A stretch of DNA of 64,000 nucleotides from Nitrosopumilaceae archaeon (lineage in GTDB: Archaea; Thermoproteota; Nitrososphaeria; Nitrososphaerales; Nitrosopumilaceae). A model generated the notes under the pieces. The model saw nothing but the letters and a program-made list of their open reading frames with translations, made no database searches and was not told the origin of the DNA. The position numbers and the translations under genes are program-made. Positions 1 through 10,174 of this stretch are shown here, one piece after another (position 1 is the first letter of the stretch; the number at the start of each line of letters is the position of its first letter). The stretch is taken from positions 1,056,001-1,120,000 of the forward strand of contig CBDCCK010000002.1 of the NCBI GenBank assembly GCA_965214835.1, written 5' to 3'.

Positions 1-322
1 TTGACGAAAGACTTTGGCGATCCGAAGACACAGAGTTCAACATGAGGCTGATCATAGTGTACAAGTACAGGTTTCATCACATTCCAAAGATCATATACGG
101 ATACAGGAGGCACGATGGGCAAGCAATGTTTGATGCAGAGAAGAGTAAGACGGACAGGGACAGGATCATCCTGTCGGTCGTGTCCAATCTTAGCGGCGAC
201 GATCAGAGACGGTACTACGATACGTTGAAAAACAACACCCGGAGAAAGGCAGTATGGATCAGTGATCTGGACCCCGTATTTTCGAACCACTTTTTGGGCG
301 TTTTTGCGTAGCTCTGGCATCA

Positions 323-1159
323 TCATTTGCCTGCCTCCCTTTGGTGCCGTACGACGAACTCCATCGGAGTGAGATATCCAAGTGAGGAGTGTATTCTGTC
401 ATGGTTATAGTCCCTAAATGCCTCCCTTATGACGTCTGAGGCGTCCTGGAAGGAGTCAAATTCATGGGGCCACAGGTATTCCCTCTTGATGCTTCCGTGA
501 AACGACTCTATGTGGCCGTTTTGTTCTGGCGTCCTGTATGCTATGAGCTCGTGTCTTATTCCCAGCTGTTTCAGGGACTCCCTGAACATGCGCGACGTAT
601 ACTGAGAACCGTTGTCTGTCCGCAGGGTCAGCATGCTGCAGTCCGGATCTGCTGCCGATACCGCATCGAGTACGGCCTGAACCGCATTCTCCTTTTGCGC
701 CGTGGTATCAAAGGAGTATGCAAGCCACCTGCGCGAAAAGGCATCAAGTACGTTGAAACAGTAGCACCAGCCGTCCCCGCCGCAGTCCACGTATGTGATG
801 TCTGCCTGCCACAGCCGGTTGGGGGCATCTGGCCTTGTAAGCTTGCGCGAGGCCCGTATTATGTCGTTTTTGGTCTTTTTGGGCTCGATCCAGCCTATCT
901 GGCGGTAGATTCGCTGTATCTTTTTGCGGTTTACGCGCACGCCAGTCTCGCGCAATATCTGGTTTGCCATCCTCCGGGTTCCGTACGTCGGCCTTTTCTT
1001 GCCTATGGTACGTATGATTGAGACCGTCCCGGGGTCGGCTTTTCTGGCTCGTCTGTCGGCGTCCTTCCTGGCGTAATACCAGGTGCCCTTTGAGACGCCG
1101 CAGTATTCCAGGGCTGTATTGAGGCTCATCTTCTGGTGGCAGATCTGTACGGCATTCAT
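323..1159 (-). CDS. IS3 transposase OrfB (rve/DDE)
   Basis: WQADITY, TDNGSQY and NGHIESFH motifs; YGTRR in the HTH_21 region. Confidence 0.93.
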   Translation of the reverse strand: MNAVQICHQKMSLNTALEYCGVSKGTWYYARKDADRRARKADPGTVSIIRTIGKKRPTYGTRRMANQILRETGVRVNRKKIQRIYRQIGWIEPKKTKNDIIRASRKLTRPDAPNRLWQADITYVDCGGDGWCYCFNVLDAFSRRWLAYSFDTTAQKENAVQAVLDAVSAADPDCSMLTLRTDNGSQYTSRMFRESLKQLGIRHELIAYRTPEQNGHIESFHGSIKREYLWPHEFDSFQDASDVIREAFRDYNHDRIHSSLGYLTPMEFVVRHQREAGK

Positions 1160-1443
1160 CCTTTGCTCAGCTCCATTGTTTTTTTTAAAGCGTCACAGGC
1201 CACTGCATACTCGCCTATGATGCGTTTGAGATTCTGGTTCTCCTTTTGCAGGGCAGCCGCTGCCTTGTCATTCCGGCCCAGGATGGATGCCTTGCCGCCC
1301 TCGACGAACCTGTCCATCCACCTGCCAAACGTGGTGGGCGCGATGTTGTGCTTGCGGCACAGCTCGGCAGTGCTGATGCTGGTCTTGATGGACTCCATCA
1401 CTATGTCTGTTTTTTCGGCCAATGTGAACTTTTGTTTTTTCAT
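1156..1443 (-). CDS. IS3 transposase OrfA (HTH)
   Basis: HTH plus leucine zipper (LQKENQNLKRII); ATGA overlap with orfB; A-run near the 3' end. Confidence 0.9.
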   Translation of the reverse strand: MKKQKFTLAEKTDIVMESIKTSISTAELCRKHNIAPTTFGRWMDRFVEGGKASILGRNDKAAAALQKENQNLKRIIGEYAVACDALKKTMELSKG

Positions 1444-1726
1444 GCCCCGTATGCCCTCCTGTCACATACAAATTCTACGCATTTGGGTGGTTCGAATTTT
1501 ATGGGGTCCTCACCATCAGAGTATACAGGCATATGTACCATGTCTTGTATTCATTTACACATGACACGCACAAAAACATACTGGCAAGGATCGCGGCAAA
1601 GACGCTTAGATCACTTTCAAGAAATTCGTTAGTGTCTGGCGCCACAAGGATGTTAGAGTATCGTATAAGAACCGTCAAAATCAAGCCTAGACTCAAATAA
1701 GGAACCTATCCCAAAACTCTCCAATA

Positions 1727-2870
1727 CGTAGTATTCACGTCAGCCATTTGTTCATCTCTACCACCTTTATCTCGCCCCTGCGCAGCATGACACGCAAGGG
1801 TTTCTGCATCCCGCCGACGGTCTTGTAAAGGCAGCTTGCAGTCGACTTTTTCAGCCCGCGCCACTACCCCTCCGAATTATTCAGCTCCGGCGTGTACGGC
1901 GGCAGGTACCGTATCGCCACATTCCCGTTCCATCCGGCCATCTTTCTCTTGAGTTCTGTAGACTTGTGGTACGATGCATTGTCCACGAACAGCGGCACCT
2001 TGCCGTACTTGCGGCGCAGCACCTTGAGAAACTTGAAGAACGTGTCCGTGTTGGCCTTTTTCTAAAAGCGGCAGTCAAAGCCGTTCTTTGAGGAGCCCCT
2101 ATGGCATAGAACCTCTTGGTCGACAGGTTGGACGGCGCAAAGACCGGGCCTTCCCACGGGATACCAGCTGTTCTTGACGTTTCATCCCAAGATGAACGAG
2201 GCCTCGCCCCCTATCATTACCGTGTACCCCCTCTTTGAATGGTACCTTACGTACCACCTAGCTTTTTTTTTGAACTCCCCTTTCTCGGATTCTGAGGCTG
2301 ATTTTGGGTGTTTTGGGCGGGGGCCTCCTGCATGAAAAGCCCAGGCATGTGCAGTATCTTGTATACGCTGGAGACGGCATAATCTACCTTGTATTTCTTT
2401 TTGATGTGCACTGCAAGCAGCGGTGCGGCCCACACCTCCGACCCTAATCCACAGCTTCGCGGGCCCGCAATCAGGTCGGCGTGCACCTGCTTGAGCTGTC
2501 CTGCATCCAGCCACATCTTGGTGCCGGGCCTCTTGATGTCGTACCTGCCCTGTATGCCAAGCTGCATGGCCCGTATCAGCCAGTCGCGTATCGTAGAGTA
2601 CCCCCGGCCAAGCTGCCAGGCTATCTGGCGTATCGAGTCACCTTTTTTGTGCCGTATGTAGGCCATCAGCCTAGCTGCGGCCTTGGAGTCGGTCTCATTT
2701 TTGTACCTCTCAAGGAGGGACGGGGCCGAGACGTTGGGAAGAAACTTGCCCCTGATTGGAATCATTGAGTCGTCTGGTTTCATGCGTATTGTTTCACTGT
2801 GTCGCATCTAGATCCATTGGTGAAAATTTCTTGTCCTTTTTGTGATTGGTTACTACGCATAGTTACTACG
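1727..2870 (-). mobile_element. IS630-family element, degenerate
   Basis: HTH ORF 2247-2807; GTTCAAAAAAAAAG slippery site; DDE fragments (VDNASYHK, LPPYTPELN) broken by frameshifts and a TAG; short IRs CGTAGTA/TACTACG flanked by TA. Confidence 0.85.
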
Positions 2871-2906
2871 TATTTAAAGGGGGTACATTTCCGTCTACTA
2901 CCAGAC

Positions 2907-3014
2907 CAGCTAAGTGAAAAGTACCCTGAAATCGAGCAAAAACAAAAACCTGGCAGGTACAACGCCTCAATAGCAAGGCAGAACAACAAATCTAATTTAC
3001 ATTTCACTTAGCTG
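2907..3014. mobile_element. MITE with ISH3-type ends, 108 bp
   Basis: IR CAGCTAAGTGAAA...TTTCACTTAGCTG; 5-bp TSD CAGAC (2902-2906, 3015-3019); same end recurs at 35330-35347. Confidence 0.85.
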
Positions 3015-3044
3015 CAGACGAGGAAAGGTTATTACATTTGCCCC

Positions 3045-4166
3045 TTGACTCAAACACTATTGAAGGCGTGCTTCTTTGGCTCCTATCTAAGATCCACCAA
3101 CGGCATTCCGTGCAACAACACCGGAGACCTGCTAAAGGCAATCTGCGAGTCGCAGGGCTTTGAAACCGTGGAATGCCACGAGGACTGCCATTCCTACGGC
3201 TCGGCAGTCGTGGCGTACGTCCGGCTGTTCCTGAGGCACAGGAGGATCAGCTACGACGTGATGGTAATCCCGTGGCGGGGAATAGTCACGCTCCCGCTTG
3301 CTAGGCTGATCTGCAAAAAGCCGATAGTGTACTTTCCCACGCTGCTGCTCCACTACACGCTGGTGGCCGTCCGCAGGACAGTACCCAGAAACTCGCTGAG
3401 GGCAAGGCTTGTCCGCCTTGCGGAAAAGACCGCCTGCAGGTGGGCGGATCTGGTTGTAACGGAGAGCACCCATCAGATCGACTATTTTGTCAGGGAGTAC
3501 GGCCTGCCGAGGGAAAAGTTCCGCCAGCTCTGGCCTGCCGCATACGAGCCGCTCTTCAGGCCCCTGCCGTTCAAGGAGAGGACCGGCCAGTTCGTCGTGC
3601 TGTACTTTGGAACCTTCATTCCCACGTCGGGCGTCAGAACCATAGTGAGGGCGGCAGGGCAGCTGTGCGGTGAAAAGGACATAACGTTTGTCTTTTGCGG
3701 CACCGGCCAGGACGAGCCGGAGATCAGGCGGTATGCGGAGAAAAACCGCTTGTCCAACGTCAGGTTCATGGGACTCTTAAAGTCATCACCGCTGCTAGAG
3801 TGCATACGGAACAGCGACGTGTGCCTCGGATTGTTCCAGTCAAACAGCAAGATGGAGGGATCCATGTCCAACAAGATCAACCAGGCCCTGTCGTCGGCCA
3901 AGCCCCTGATCACACTGAGCACGTCTGCGACGCGCGAGGCAGGTCTGGTCGACGGGGAGAACTGCATGCTGGTGCACTCTGACTCGCCCGAGGAGCTGGC
4001 CCGGTGCATACTGCGGCTGAGGGACGATGACGGCCTCCGCAGACGCGTGGCCATGCAGGGACGGCGGCACTATCTCGACAAACTGTCAATTGATCGGTCG
4101 GGCGGGCAGCTGGGTCTGTACATGAGCGGCATGTGCGGTACTGAGTTGGGGGGGGGGCAAGCCTGA
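3045..4166 (+). CDS. GT4-family glycosyltransferase
   Basis: VLYFGTF, SDVCLG and SNKINQALSSAKPLIT GT-B motifs. Confidence 0.85.
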   Translation: MTQTLLKACFFGSYLRSTNGIPCNNTGDLLKAICESQGFETVECHEDCHSYGSAVVAYVRLFLRHRRISYDVMVIPWRGIVTLPLARLICKKPIVYFPTLLLHYTLVAVRRTVPRNSLRARLVRLAEKTACRWADLVVTESTHQIDYFVREYGLPREKFRQLWPAAYEPLFRPLPFKERTGQFVVLYFGTFIPTSGVRTIVRAAGQLCGEKDITFVFCGTGQDEPEIRRYAEKNRLSNVRFMGLLKSSPLLECIRNSDVCLGLFQSNSKMEGSMSNKINQALSSAKPLITLSTSATREAGLVDGENCMLVHSDSPEELARCILRLRDDDGLRRRVAMQGRRHYLDKLSIDRSGGQLGLYMSGMCGTELGGGQA

Positions 4167-4347
4167 ACCCGGAATGCGGGGCTGGCCTGCACAAGTGACG
4201 CATGCAGGCAGCATCGGGGGCCCATCGGCGTTCCGGAATCCCAACTGCGTTCTTTCTGTTTACCTCAGGCTGATCCGCCGCCTTGGCTAGTGGGGCGTCT
4301 TTATCATCTGTTCGATCCCCCACGGCACCGGGCCGTGACGGGCAGGC

Positions 4348-5490
4348 TCAGCCCTCTCGCGGTCTGATCCTTGTGGTTCTCAGGCGATCCGTCAGTGAGC
4401 CCACCAGACGACACACGGGCCTGCTTTCAAGCAGGGCCCCGAGCATCCCGGCTGCAAGCCGCGCCGCCGTACCCTCGTGGGTGCCGTACACGAACGAACT
4501 CAGGACGTGATCTGCGCGACGGCACGCAGATATGACAACGAACCTGCGTCCGACCATCCTCCTGGCCTCGGCGTATCTCCTCCTGTCCGGCCCGCTCAGC
4601 CGGTCTACGGTCAGCTCCAGGACCCTGCGCCTCATGACGCTCCTCTCCCTCGGGCCCATCTTGCTCTGCCCGTTGTGCTACCGGTGCCCGTATATGATGA
4701 CCGGAACGTGGTGGAACCTGTACCCGTGGTTTACGGTCAGCCGCATGCCAAACTCGATGTCCTCGCCTCTGTCAAGGCCCTCGTCAAATCCCCCGACGTC
4801 CTCCAGAATCGATCTGTGAATGATGGAGATGCACACTTGTGCAAAGTACATGCTGAACATCAGGGCGCCCTGCTCCAGCGCGTCCATGGAGTTGTCCATA
4901 TAGTACGACTGCGTCCTGCCGTTTGGCCTCCCGTCGGATCCCAACAACTGCAGGTCAAAAAACGGTATTATCTTGGTAGTCGAGGAGGAGCCGAGCTCCT
5001 CGGCGGCCCCGACAAGCCTCTCTACGGCATCAGGATACATTATGTCGTCGGCGGCCACTTCTGCAAGCCACTCCCCGGTCATGTGGGAGATTCCCGCATT
5101 GTAGGCTGCCGCACGGCCCGCGTGCTTGATGTTGACTATTGTGATCCTGTCAGAGTACCGCTCCAGTATCTCGGCCGACCCGTCGGTGGAGCCGTCGTTT
5201 ACGGCTATGACCTCGGTGTTGCCGTACGTCTGTACCAGCGCCGACTCTATGGACTGCGCCAGGTACCTTTCCCCGTTGTACACCCTGATTAGCAGCGACA
5301 CCCTGCCGCTGTTGTATGTCCGAGCCGGTAAGAGCTTACCCTGGGCGACATTGCTGGCCGTATCTTGATCACCATGCCCCCCACGCCGCATCTTTGGGGG
5401 GGGGGGTAAACTCTTACCCTGAGCTGCACCACTGCCTTTTAACCCCTCCTCTGGTTCTGCGTTTGACAATGCTGTAACTCCGCCCCGCAT
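4348..5490 (-). pseudogene. GT2-family glycosyltransferase with in-frame TAG (4678-4680) and an N-terminal MITE
   Basis: VSLLIRVYNGERYL, VNDGSTD and GGFDE...ED motifs; frame continues past the stop as GHR*HNGQSKMGP, matching the paralog YRRHDGQ. True start uncertain. Confidence 0.8.
5328..5417. mobile_element. IS66-derived MITE, family A (90 bp)
   Basis: GTAAGAGCTTACCC...GGGTAAACTCTTAC ends match the IS66 at 59252-60874. Confidence 0.85.
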
Positions 5491-5639
5491 GATAGATATC
5501 TGTTTCGTGGAGGGTTCGGGATGCCGCGGCGACCGTAATTTTGGCCCGACCTCCTTCCGGGCCCCAGCATCCTTGCCACCTTTTCAAAATATCCCCTGAT
5601 CTGCGCCTTGTAGTATGAACATAAAATAATCGATCATAA

Positions 5640-6000
5640 TTTTGACACATCGTGCCTATTTTTACAAAGTGCTCGATTTTCAATTGTGCGTAGTATGATC
5701 CCGTGTTGGAACGCCTGTATCGACACGACATAGTCAAGCTGGCTCTCCGGATAGCAAGTCTACACAGCATAGCCTCCCTGCTAGATCCGGCCTCCGCCCG
5801 GACAGCTGTCTTATCGCCATGGGTGACGAGTCGATCCCGAGAATCTCCAGTCGAGTCTGCAAGAGGGATGAAGTTCCTCCCACTGCCGCATCCGGCATGC
5901 AGTCCGTCCCCGCTAGCAGCATCGGCCGCACCGGCAAGCATGCCTCCTATTTTATCGGTAAAATCCACGCTCGGGGCGTCCGAGTATCTCCCGTTTGTGT
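5640..6000 (-). pseudogene. Class I SAM-dependent methyltransferase remnant
   Basis: LHAGCGSGRNFIPL in one frame and ILGIDSSPMAIRQL in another; boundaries approximate. Confidence 0.6.
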
Positions 6001-6132
6001 GTTCGGCACGCCGCTGCAGCATGCAGGCGCGAATTTTGTTGCAAGAGAGTTTGAACATGAAAGTCGAGGAGATCCAACCGATTACGAACCAGTCTTAGAA
6101 ATATTTAACTTTGCCAAAAACCACACTTCCTT

Positions 6133-6666
6133 ATGGCAGGCCTGTCCCTTACAAGTCCCAGCTTTGATCACGGGGCAGAGATCCCAAAAAGGTTCGGCTA
6201 CAAGCATGGCAACTCCAGCCCGCCGCTATCTGTCCAGGGCATCCCCGAAGACTGCAAGTCCCTTGCACTGATAATGGACGATCCCGATGCCGTGGGTGCC
6301 GTTGGAAGGGTCTGGGTTCACTGGGTGGTATGGAACATCCCACCCCCAAGCACAAGCCCCAACTTTGCCGAGTCAGTGGTACCGGAAGAAAACATCATGC
6401 CACCAGAAATACGTTGTTTCCCCCAGAGCTCCTACTTTGCCGAGTCAGTGGTACCCTCGGGCTCTAGGGAGGGAAAAACCGACTTTGGCCAAATAGGCTA
6501 CGGCGGCCCGGCGCCTCCTGACAAGCGCCATACGTACGTCTTCAAACTATACGCCCTAGATACAAAGCTTGATCTGGAGCGGGGCTCATCCAAGAAGCAG
6601 CTAGAGGAGGCAATGCGGGCCCACATAATTGCAGAGGCAAGGCTGGAGGGAACCTTTGCCCCATGA
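6133..6666 (+). CDS. YbhB/YbcL PEBP-family protein
   Basis: DDPDA, WVHWVVWNI and YGGPAPP..HTYVFKLYALD motifs. Confidence 0.93.
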   Translation: MAGLSLTSPSFDHGAEIPKRFGYKHGNSSPPLSVQGIPEDCKSLALIMDDPDAVGAVGRVWVHWVVWNIPPPSTSPNFAESVVPEENIMPPEIRCFPQSSYFAESVVPSGSREGKTDFGQIGYGGPAPPDKRHTYVFKLYALDTKLDLERGSSKKQLEEAMRAHIIAEARLEGTFAP

Positions 6667-6840
6667 CACATCTTGCAGCCTTCCCAGGCGTATCTGAATC
6701 ATGGCAGCGATAGGCGGCACCGTGCGGATCTACAGGCAACCCAATCTGAATTGTGTCAGACCTAGAGCCGTTTTGCGGGGAACCTAGAGGGGGCCGTTTT
6801 GTTCAAAAGAGTAATAAACAATCTTTCCATCCCTTAATAA

Positions 6841-8964
6841 TTGGAAAACAGCGCGGAAAACGGTACAGCCAAAAAAGAGAGATTTCAATTTTCCCTGCGC
6901 CATGCAGCCATCATAGGAATTCTGGTGCTTGCGTTCTCGGCATCCTTTCTTATCCGCTCACAGGCCTTGGATTTTGGATTCGAGCTAAACGAGTTTGATC
7001 CCTTCTTCAACTACAGGGCCACAAACTACCTTGTAGAAAACGGCCTTGCAGAATATCTTGACTGGCATGATGAGATGAGCTGGCATCCTAACGGGCGTAA
7101 CATTTCTGCGACCTCCCAAAGCATGCTGCATTATACGGCGGCCACGACCTACCAGATCTTTGGCATGGGCTCTAGCCTTTACGACTTTACGATTATCTTC
7201 CCTGTCGTCTTTGGCTCCCTGACATGCATTGTGATCTTTGCCCTTGTTCGCGTTATCGGCGGTACAAACGCCGGACTAGTCGCGGCCCTGCTTTTTTCCA
7301 TCTCCGTCCCAATCGTCATACGCGGGTTAGTCGGCTGGTTCAAGTCAGAGCCGCTGGGGCTGTTCTTCGGACTGCTGGGAGCCTACCTGCTCCTGAGCGG
7401 GATCAAGACGCAAAACCGCAATGAAGGCGCCTTGAGACTTGCAGGAGCAGGCCTGTTCATGGCATTCGGACTGGCCTCGTGGGGCGGAATCCAGTTCTTT
7501 TTGATGCCGCTGGGCGTGTTCTTTCTGGCACTGCCGTTCCTTCGTGACGATCACAGATTTCAGACCTGGTCAATCCCCATATTTACCACAGTCTTGATGA
7601 TGACGTCCCTGCTGTTTGAAAGACCCGGACTCAGCTTTGTCACCGGAATCAGTGGGTTTACAATTGTCGGCCCGACCGTATTTCTGGTTGCCTGCAACGT
7701 CATACAGTCCAAAAGCCCCGTTGGTAAAAAGTTCCGCAACGGGATCCTGCTCCTTGCAGGAGTACTGGCTGCAGGAATATCGATCATAGCCCTGAGCTTT
7801 TCTACCAGTCTGCTGAACATACCAAGCTATAGATACCTCAACGCAGTCAATCCGTTCCTTACCACGACAAACCCGCTGACAGATTCTGTATCAGAGCATG
7901 CAACGACTACCCTGGAGCAGTCGTTTTTCTTTTTGTCGATAATGATGGTCTTTGCCGGAATCGGAGCATGGCTGATATTCCATGACAAAAAACTCAGCTC
8001 TAGGCAGCATCGCGACGTGATGGCGTTTGCGCTGATTATTGGCATTACCGGGGTCTATGTCAGCTCCTCGTTTATCAGGCTGGAGGTGTTTGCCTCGATT
8101 TCCGTAATAATCCTAAGCTCGATAGGAATCTCAAGGCTCATAGAAAACATCTCCGCTAGGGAGCCTGGCATAGGACTTCCGTTCAAGTCCGCACTGATCG
8201 GCGGAATAGTCATCCTGTTTGTCTCCCCGTTGGTCATTCCTGCCGAGGGGAACTGGATCGATTCGGTCAAAATCCCGCCGACCATACTCAACGGAGGAAC
8301 CGCCCTCCCATATGTTGCGCCTGACTGGCCCTCCACACTGTCATGGATTAGTGCCAACACCCCCCAGGACTCCATCATAGCTGCGTGGTGGGATTATGGA
8401 TACTGGATAACTGCCATTGGGGAGCGCACGTCCCTTGTTGACAATGCCACAATGGATACCGAGGCGATTCAAAACGTTGCAAGAATGCTGCTTGCAAATC
8501 CCGACGACTCTTGGAGGATGCTGCAAGAGATGAACGCCGACTATGTTGTCACCTTTGTCATGTCTCAGGCGGTACCCTCTGGCGGCGATATCACATTGTA
8601 CCGACTGGGAGGAGGCGGAGACGAGAGCAAAAAGTACTGGTTTGTAAGAATAGCCGAAGAGCCCCTGGAAAAATATATGCATGCCGACGGAGTTACCGGA
8701 AATGACTATTTCTGGAACGAGACCATGCTAGGCCAAATGTTCCCATATGTGCCAATAATCTACATTGATCCGGTAGCTGGTGCCCAGTCTGAGTCCTACG
8801 TTGCCGGTTATACCCCGCTTTATGTGAAGAGCGTCAAGCTGCCCTCTGATGGCGATGGCCCTCTGCGACTGGCATATGCATCCCCGACATTTAACGACGG
8901 CTCTCAAGTCTCCTTTGGCGTTTTCGTTTATGAGGTAAACGACGACTATGTCCTGAAGGACTAG
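6841..8964 (+). CDS. aglB: Oligosaccharyltransferase AglB (STT3 family)
   Basis: EFDPFFNYR, SVSEH and WWDYG motifs; multi-pass membrane N-terminus. Confidence 0.93.
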   Translation: MENSAENGTAKKERFQFSLRHAAIIGILVLAFSASFLIRSQALDFGFELNEFDPFFNYRATNYLVENGLAEYLDWHDEMSWHPNGRNISATSQSMLHYTAATTYQIFGMGSSLYDFTIIFPVVFGSLTCIVIFALVRVIGGTNAGLVAALLFSISVPIVIRGLVGWFKSEPLGLFFGLLGAYLLLSGIKTQNRNEGALRLAGAGLFMAFGLASWGGIQFFLMPLGVFFLALPFLRDDHRFQTWSIPIFTTVLMMTSLLFERPGLSFVTGISGFTIVGPTVFLVACNVIQSKSPVGKKFRNGILLLAGVLAAGISIIALSFSTSLLNIPSYRYLNAVNPFLTTTNPLTDSVSEHATTTLEQSFFFLSIMMVFAGIGAWLIFHDKKLSSRQHRDVMAFALIIGITGVYVSSSFIRLEVFASISVIILSSIGISRLIENISAREPGIGLPFKSALIGGIVILFVSPLVIPAEGNWIDSVKIPPTILNGGTALPYVAPDWPSTLSWISANTPQDSIIAAWWDYGYWITAIGERTSLVDNATMDTEAIQNVARMLLANPDDSWRMLQEMNADYVVTFVMSQAVPSGGDITLYRLGGGGDESKKYWFVRIAEEPLEKYMHADGVTGNDYFWNETMLGQMFPYVPIIYIDPVAGAQSESYVAGYTPLYVKSVKLPSDGDGPLRLAYASPTFNDGSQVSFGVFVYEVNDDYVLKD

Positions 8965-9122
8965 ATGTCCTGGTATCTCTCGGCCAGCCTATACCTCATG
9001 TACTTGTCATCGGGGGAAAATTTTGCGGGGTGCACGGATAGCGTATCCCCCCGACACTTGGGACACAAGGCCTTCATCGTATACGCCCTGCACCTAGAGC
9101 ACCTTCTTATCTGGTAACGCAT
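8961..9122 (-). CDS. nop10: Nop10 H/ACA RNP protein (53 aa, not in ORF track)
   Basis: MRYQIRRCSRCRAYTMKALCPKC..HPAKFSPDDKYMRYR; directly downstream of aIF2-alpha, the usual archaeal arrangement. Confidence 0.92.
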   Translation of the reverse strand: MRYQIRRCSRCRAYTMKALCPKCRGDTLSVHPAKFSPDDKYMRYRLAERYQDI

Positions 9123-9124
9123 CG

Positions 9125-9925
9125 TCATCCAACCCTTGTCTTCTTCGAGTCCTCTCTTTCGAACTTGAACGTACCCTTTTTCTTCTCTATGGACTGGTGA
9201 ATCTCTGCAATTACGGGCTTGATGGCCCTTTCTGCCGCCTTAAAGTCCGGGGCAGTAATCCCCAGTCGATATTTTGGCGCACCCAGGTAGGTAACCTCGA
9301 TTTTTACCCCCTCGTGCCCACTGATTGCGTCCTGCAGCGCCTTTTTGATAACCTCCACCCCGTCTGATCTAGAGCTTGTAACCTCCATTATTCCCCTAAT
9401 CTCGACTGAGGGAAGCTTGATCTTCGAGCATACCTCCTGCATGGCAGCCAGTGTCTTTTCTGGAATTTTGAGCGACTTGACTGCTATTACGCCCCTTGTC
9501 GCTACCTCCATGAACGCATCAAAGAGGGAGTCATATTTTGAAAACAGCAGATCCTCGATCTCCTCGCGCTCCCTGTCTGACAGCTTTGTCTTCTCAACTA
9601 TGCTGTTCATCAGCGTGTTTCCCTTCTCCTCCCGCTTGACCTCGAGAAGCTTTTTCTTTCTCTGGTCTGCGGAGACCTGCTTTAGTGACAAATCAATGTC
9701 GTTTCTACCCGGATTTACCTTTTTTACCAAAAGCACCTTTTTCTCCCCACGCTTTACGAACTTGCCGACGGACCTTATCCATCCTGGCGCAATCTCCGAT
9801 ATGTGCAGGAACCCCTGCATGTCGTCGTATTCGTCTAGCGTGACATATGCCCCGTGATCCATAATCTTTGAAATTGTGGCAACGACGATCTCCCCCCGCT
9901 CGGGCAGCTCTAAATCAGATGACAT
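9125..9925 (-). CDS. eif2a: Translation initiation factor aIF2 alpha subunit
   Basis: S1 domain (LPERGEIVV..GFLHISE), IDLSLK, YLGAPKYR. Confidence 0.95.
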   Translation of the reverse strand: MSSDLELPERGEIVVATISKIMDHGAYVTLDEYDDMQGFLHISEIAPGWIRSVGKFVKRGEKKVLLVKKVNPGRNDIDLSLKQVSADQRKKKLLEVKREEKGNTLMNSIVEKTKLSDREREEIEDLLFSKYDSLFDAFMEVATRGVIAVKSLKIPEKTLAAMQEVCSKIKLPSVEIRGIMEVTSSRSDGVEVIKKALQDAISGHEGVKIEVTYLGAPKYRLGITAPDFKAAERAIKPVIAEIHQSIEKKKGTFKFEREDSKKTRVG

Positions 9926-9973
9926 AGTGCTCAAGTCAAGTCATATGTAAATTAATGTTGCTTGCTAGAAACC

Positions 9974-10066
9974 GCGTGAGGCCACCTTCCCCTAAACAGC
10001 TTGGCACAAATTTACGTCTAAATTGTGGCTTTCATGCCTGACCAGCAAGGGGACGCGACCTCACAC
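9974..10066. mobile_element. MITE family B
   Basis: Homologous to 42156-42247; flanks TAGAAACC / TAGAAATC (7/8 TSD). Confidence 0.75.
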
Positions 10067-10174
10067 TAGAAATCAATTCCCCGCTTGGCCTTGATCCCTG
10101 CTGCTGGTCGCATACACGTATCCTGTCGCCGTCGATTGCTAGAAATCAATTCCCCGCTTGGCCTTGATCCCTGC
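10066..10174. repeat. 36-bp direct repeat of the cobO 3' end
   Basis: CTAGAAATCAATTCCCCGCTTGGCCTTGATCCCTGC at 10066-10101 and 10139-10174. Confidence 0.9.

Larger units (their letters stand above)
263..1515 (-). mobile_element. IS3-family insertion sequence, apparently intact
   Basis: TG...CA ends with imperfect IRs (TGATCTGGACCCCGTATTTTCGAACCAC / TGGTGAGGACCCCATAAAATTCGAACCAC); 4-bp TSD TCAG at 259-262 and 1516-1519. Confidence 0.93.
1..1700 (+). pseudogene. GT2-family glycosyltransferase, C-terminal part (5' end outside window), interrupted by IS3
   Basis: Frame reads DERLWRSEDTEFNMRLIIVYKYRFHHIPKIIYGYRRH. Removing 263-1515 plus one TCAG restores ...KAVWIRVYRHMYHVLYSF...IKPRLK* (stop at 1700), which aligns with the paralog at 4348-5490. 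Confidence 0.8.
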
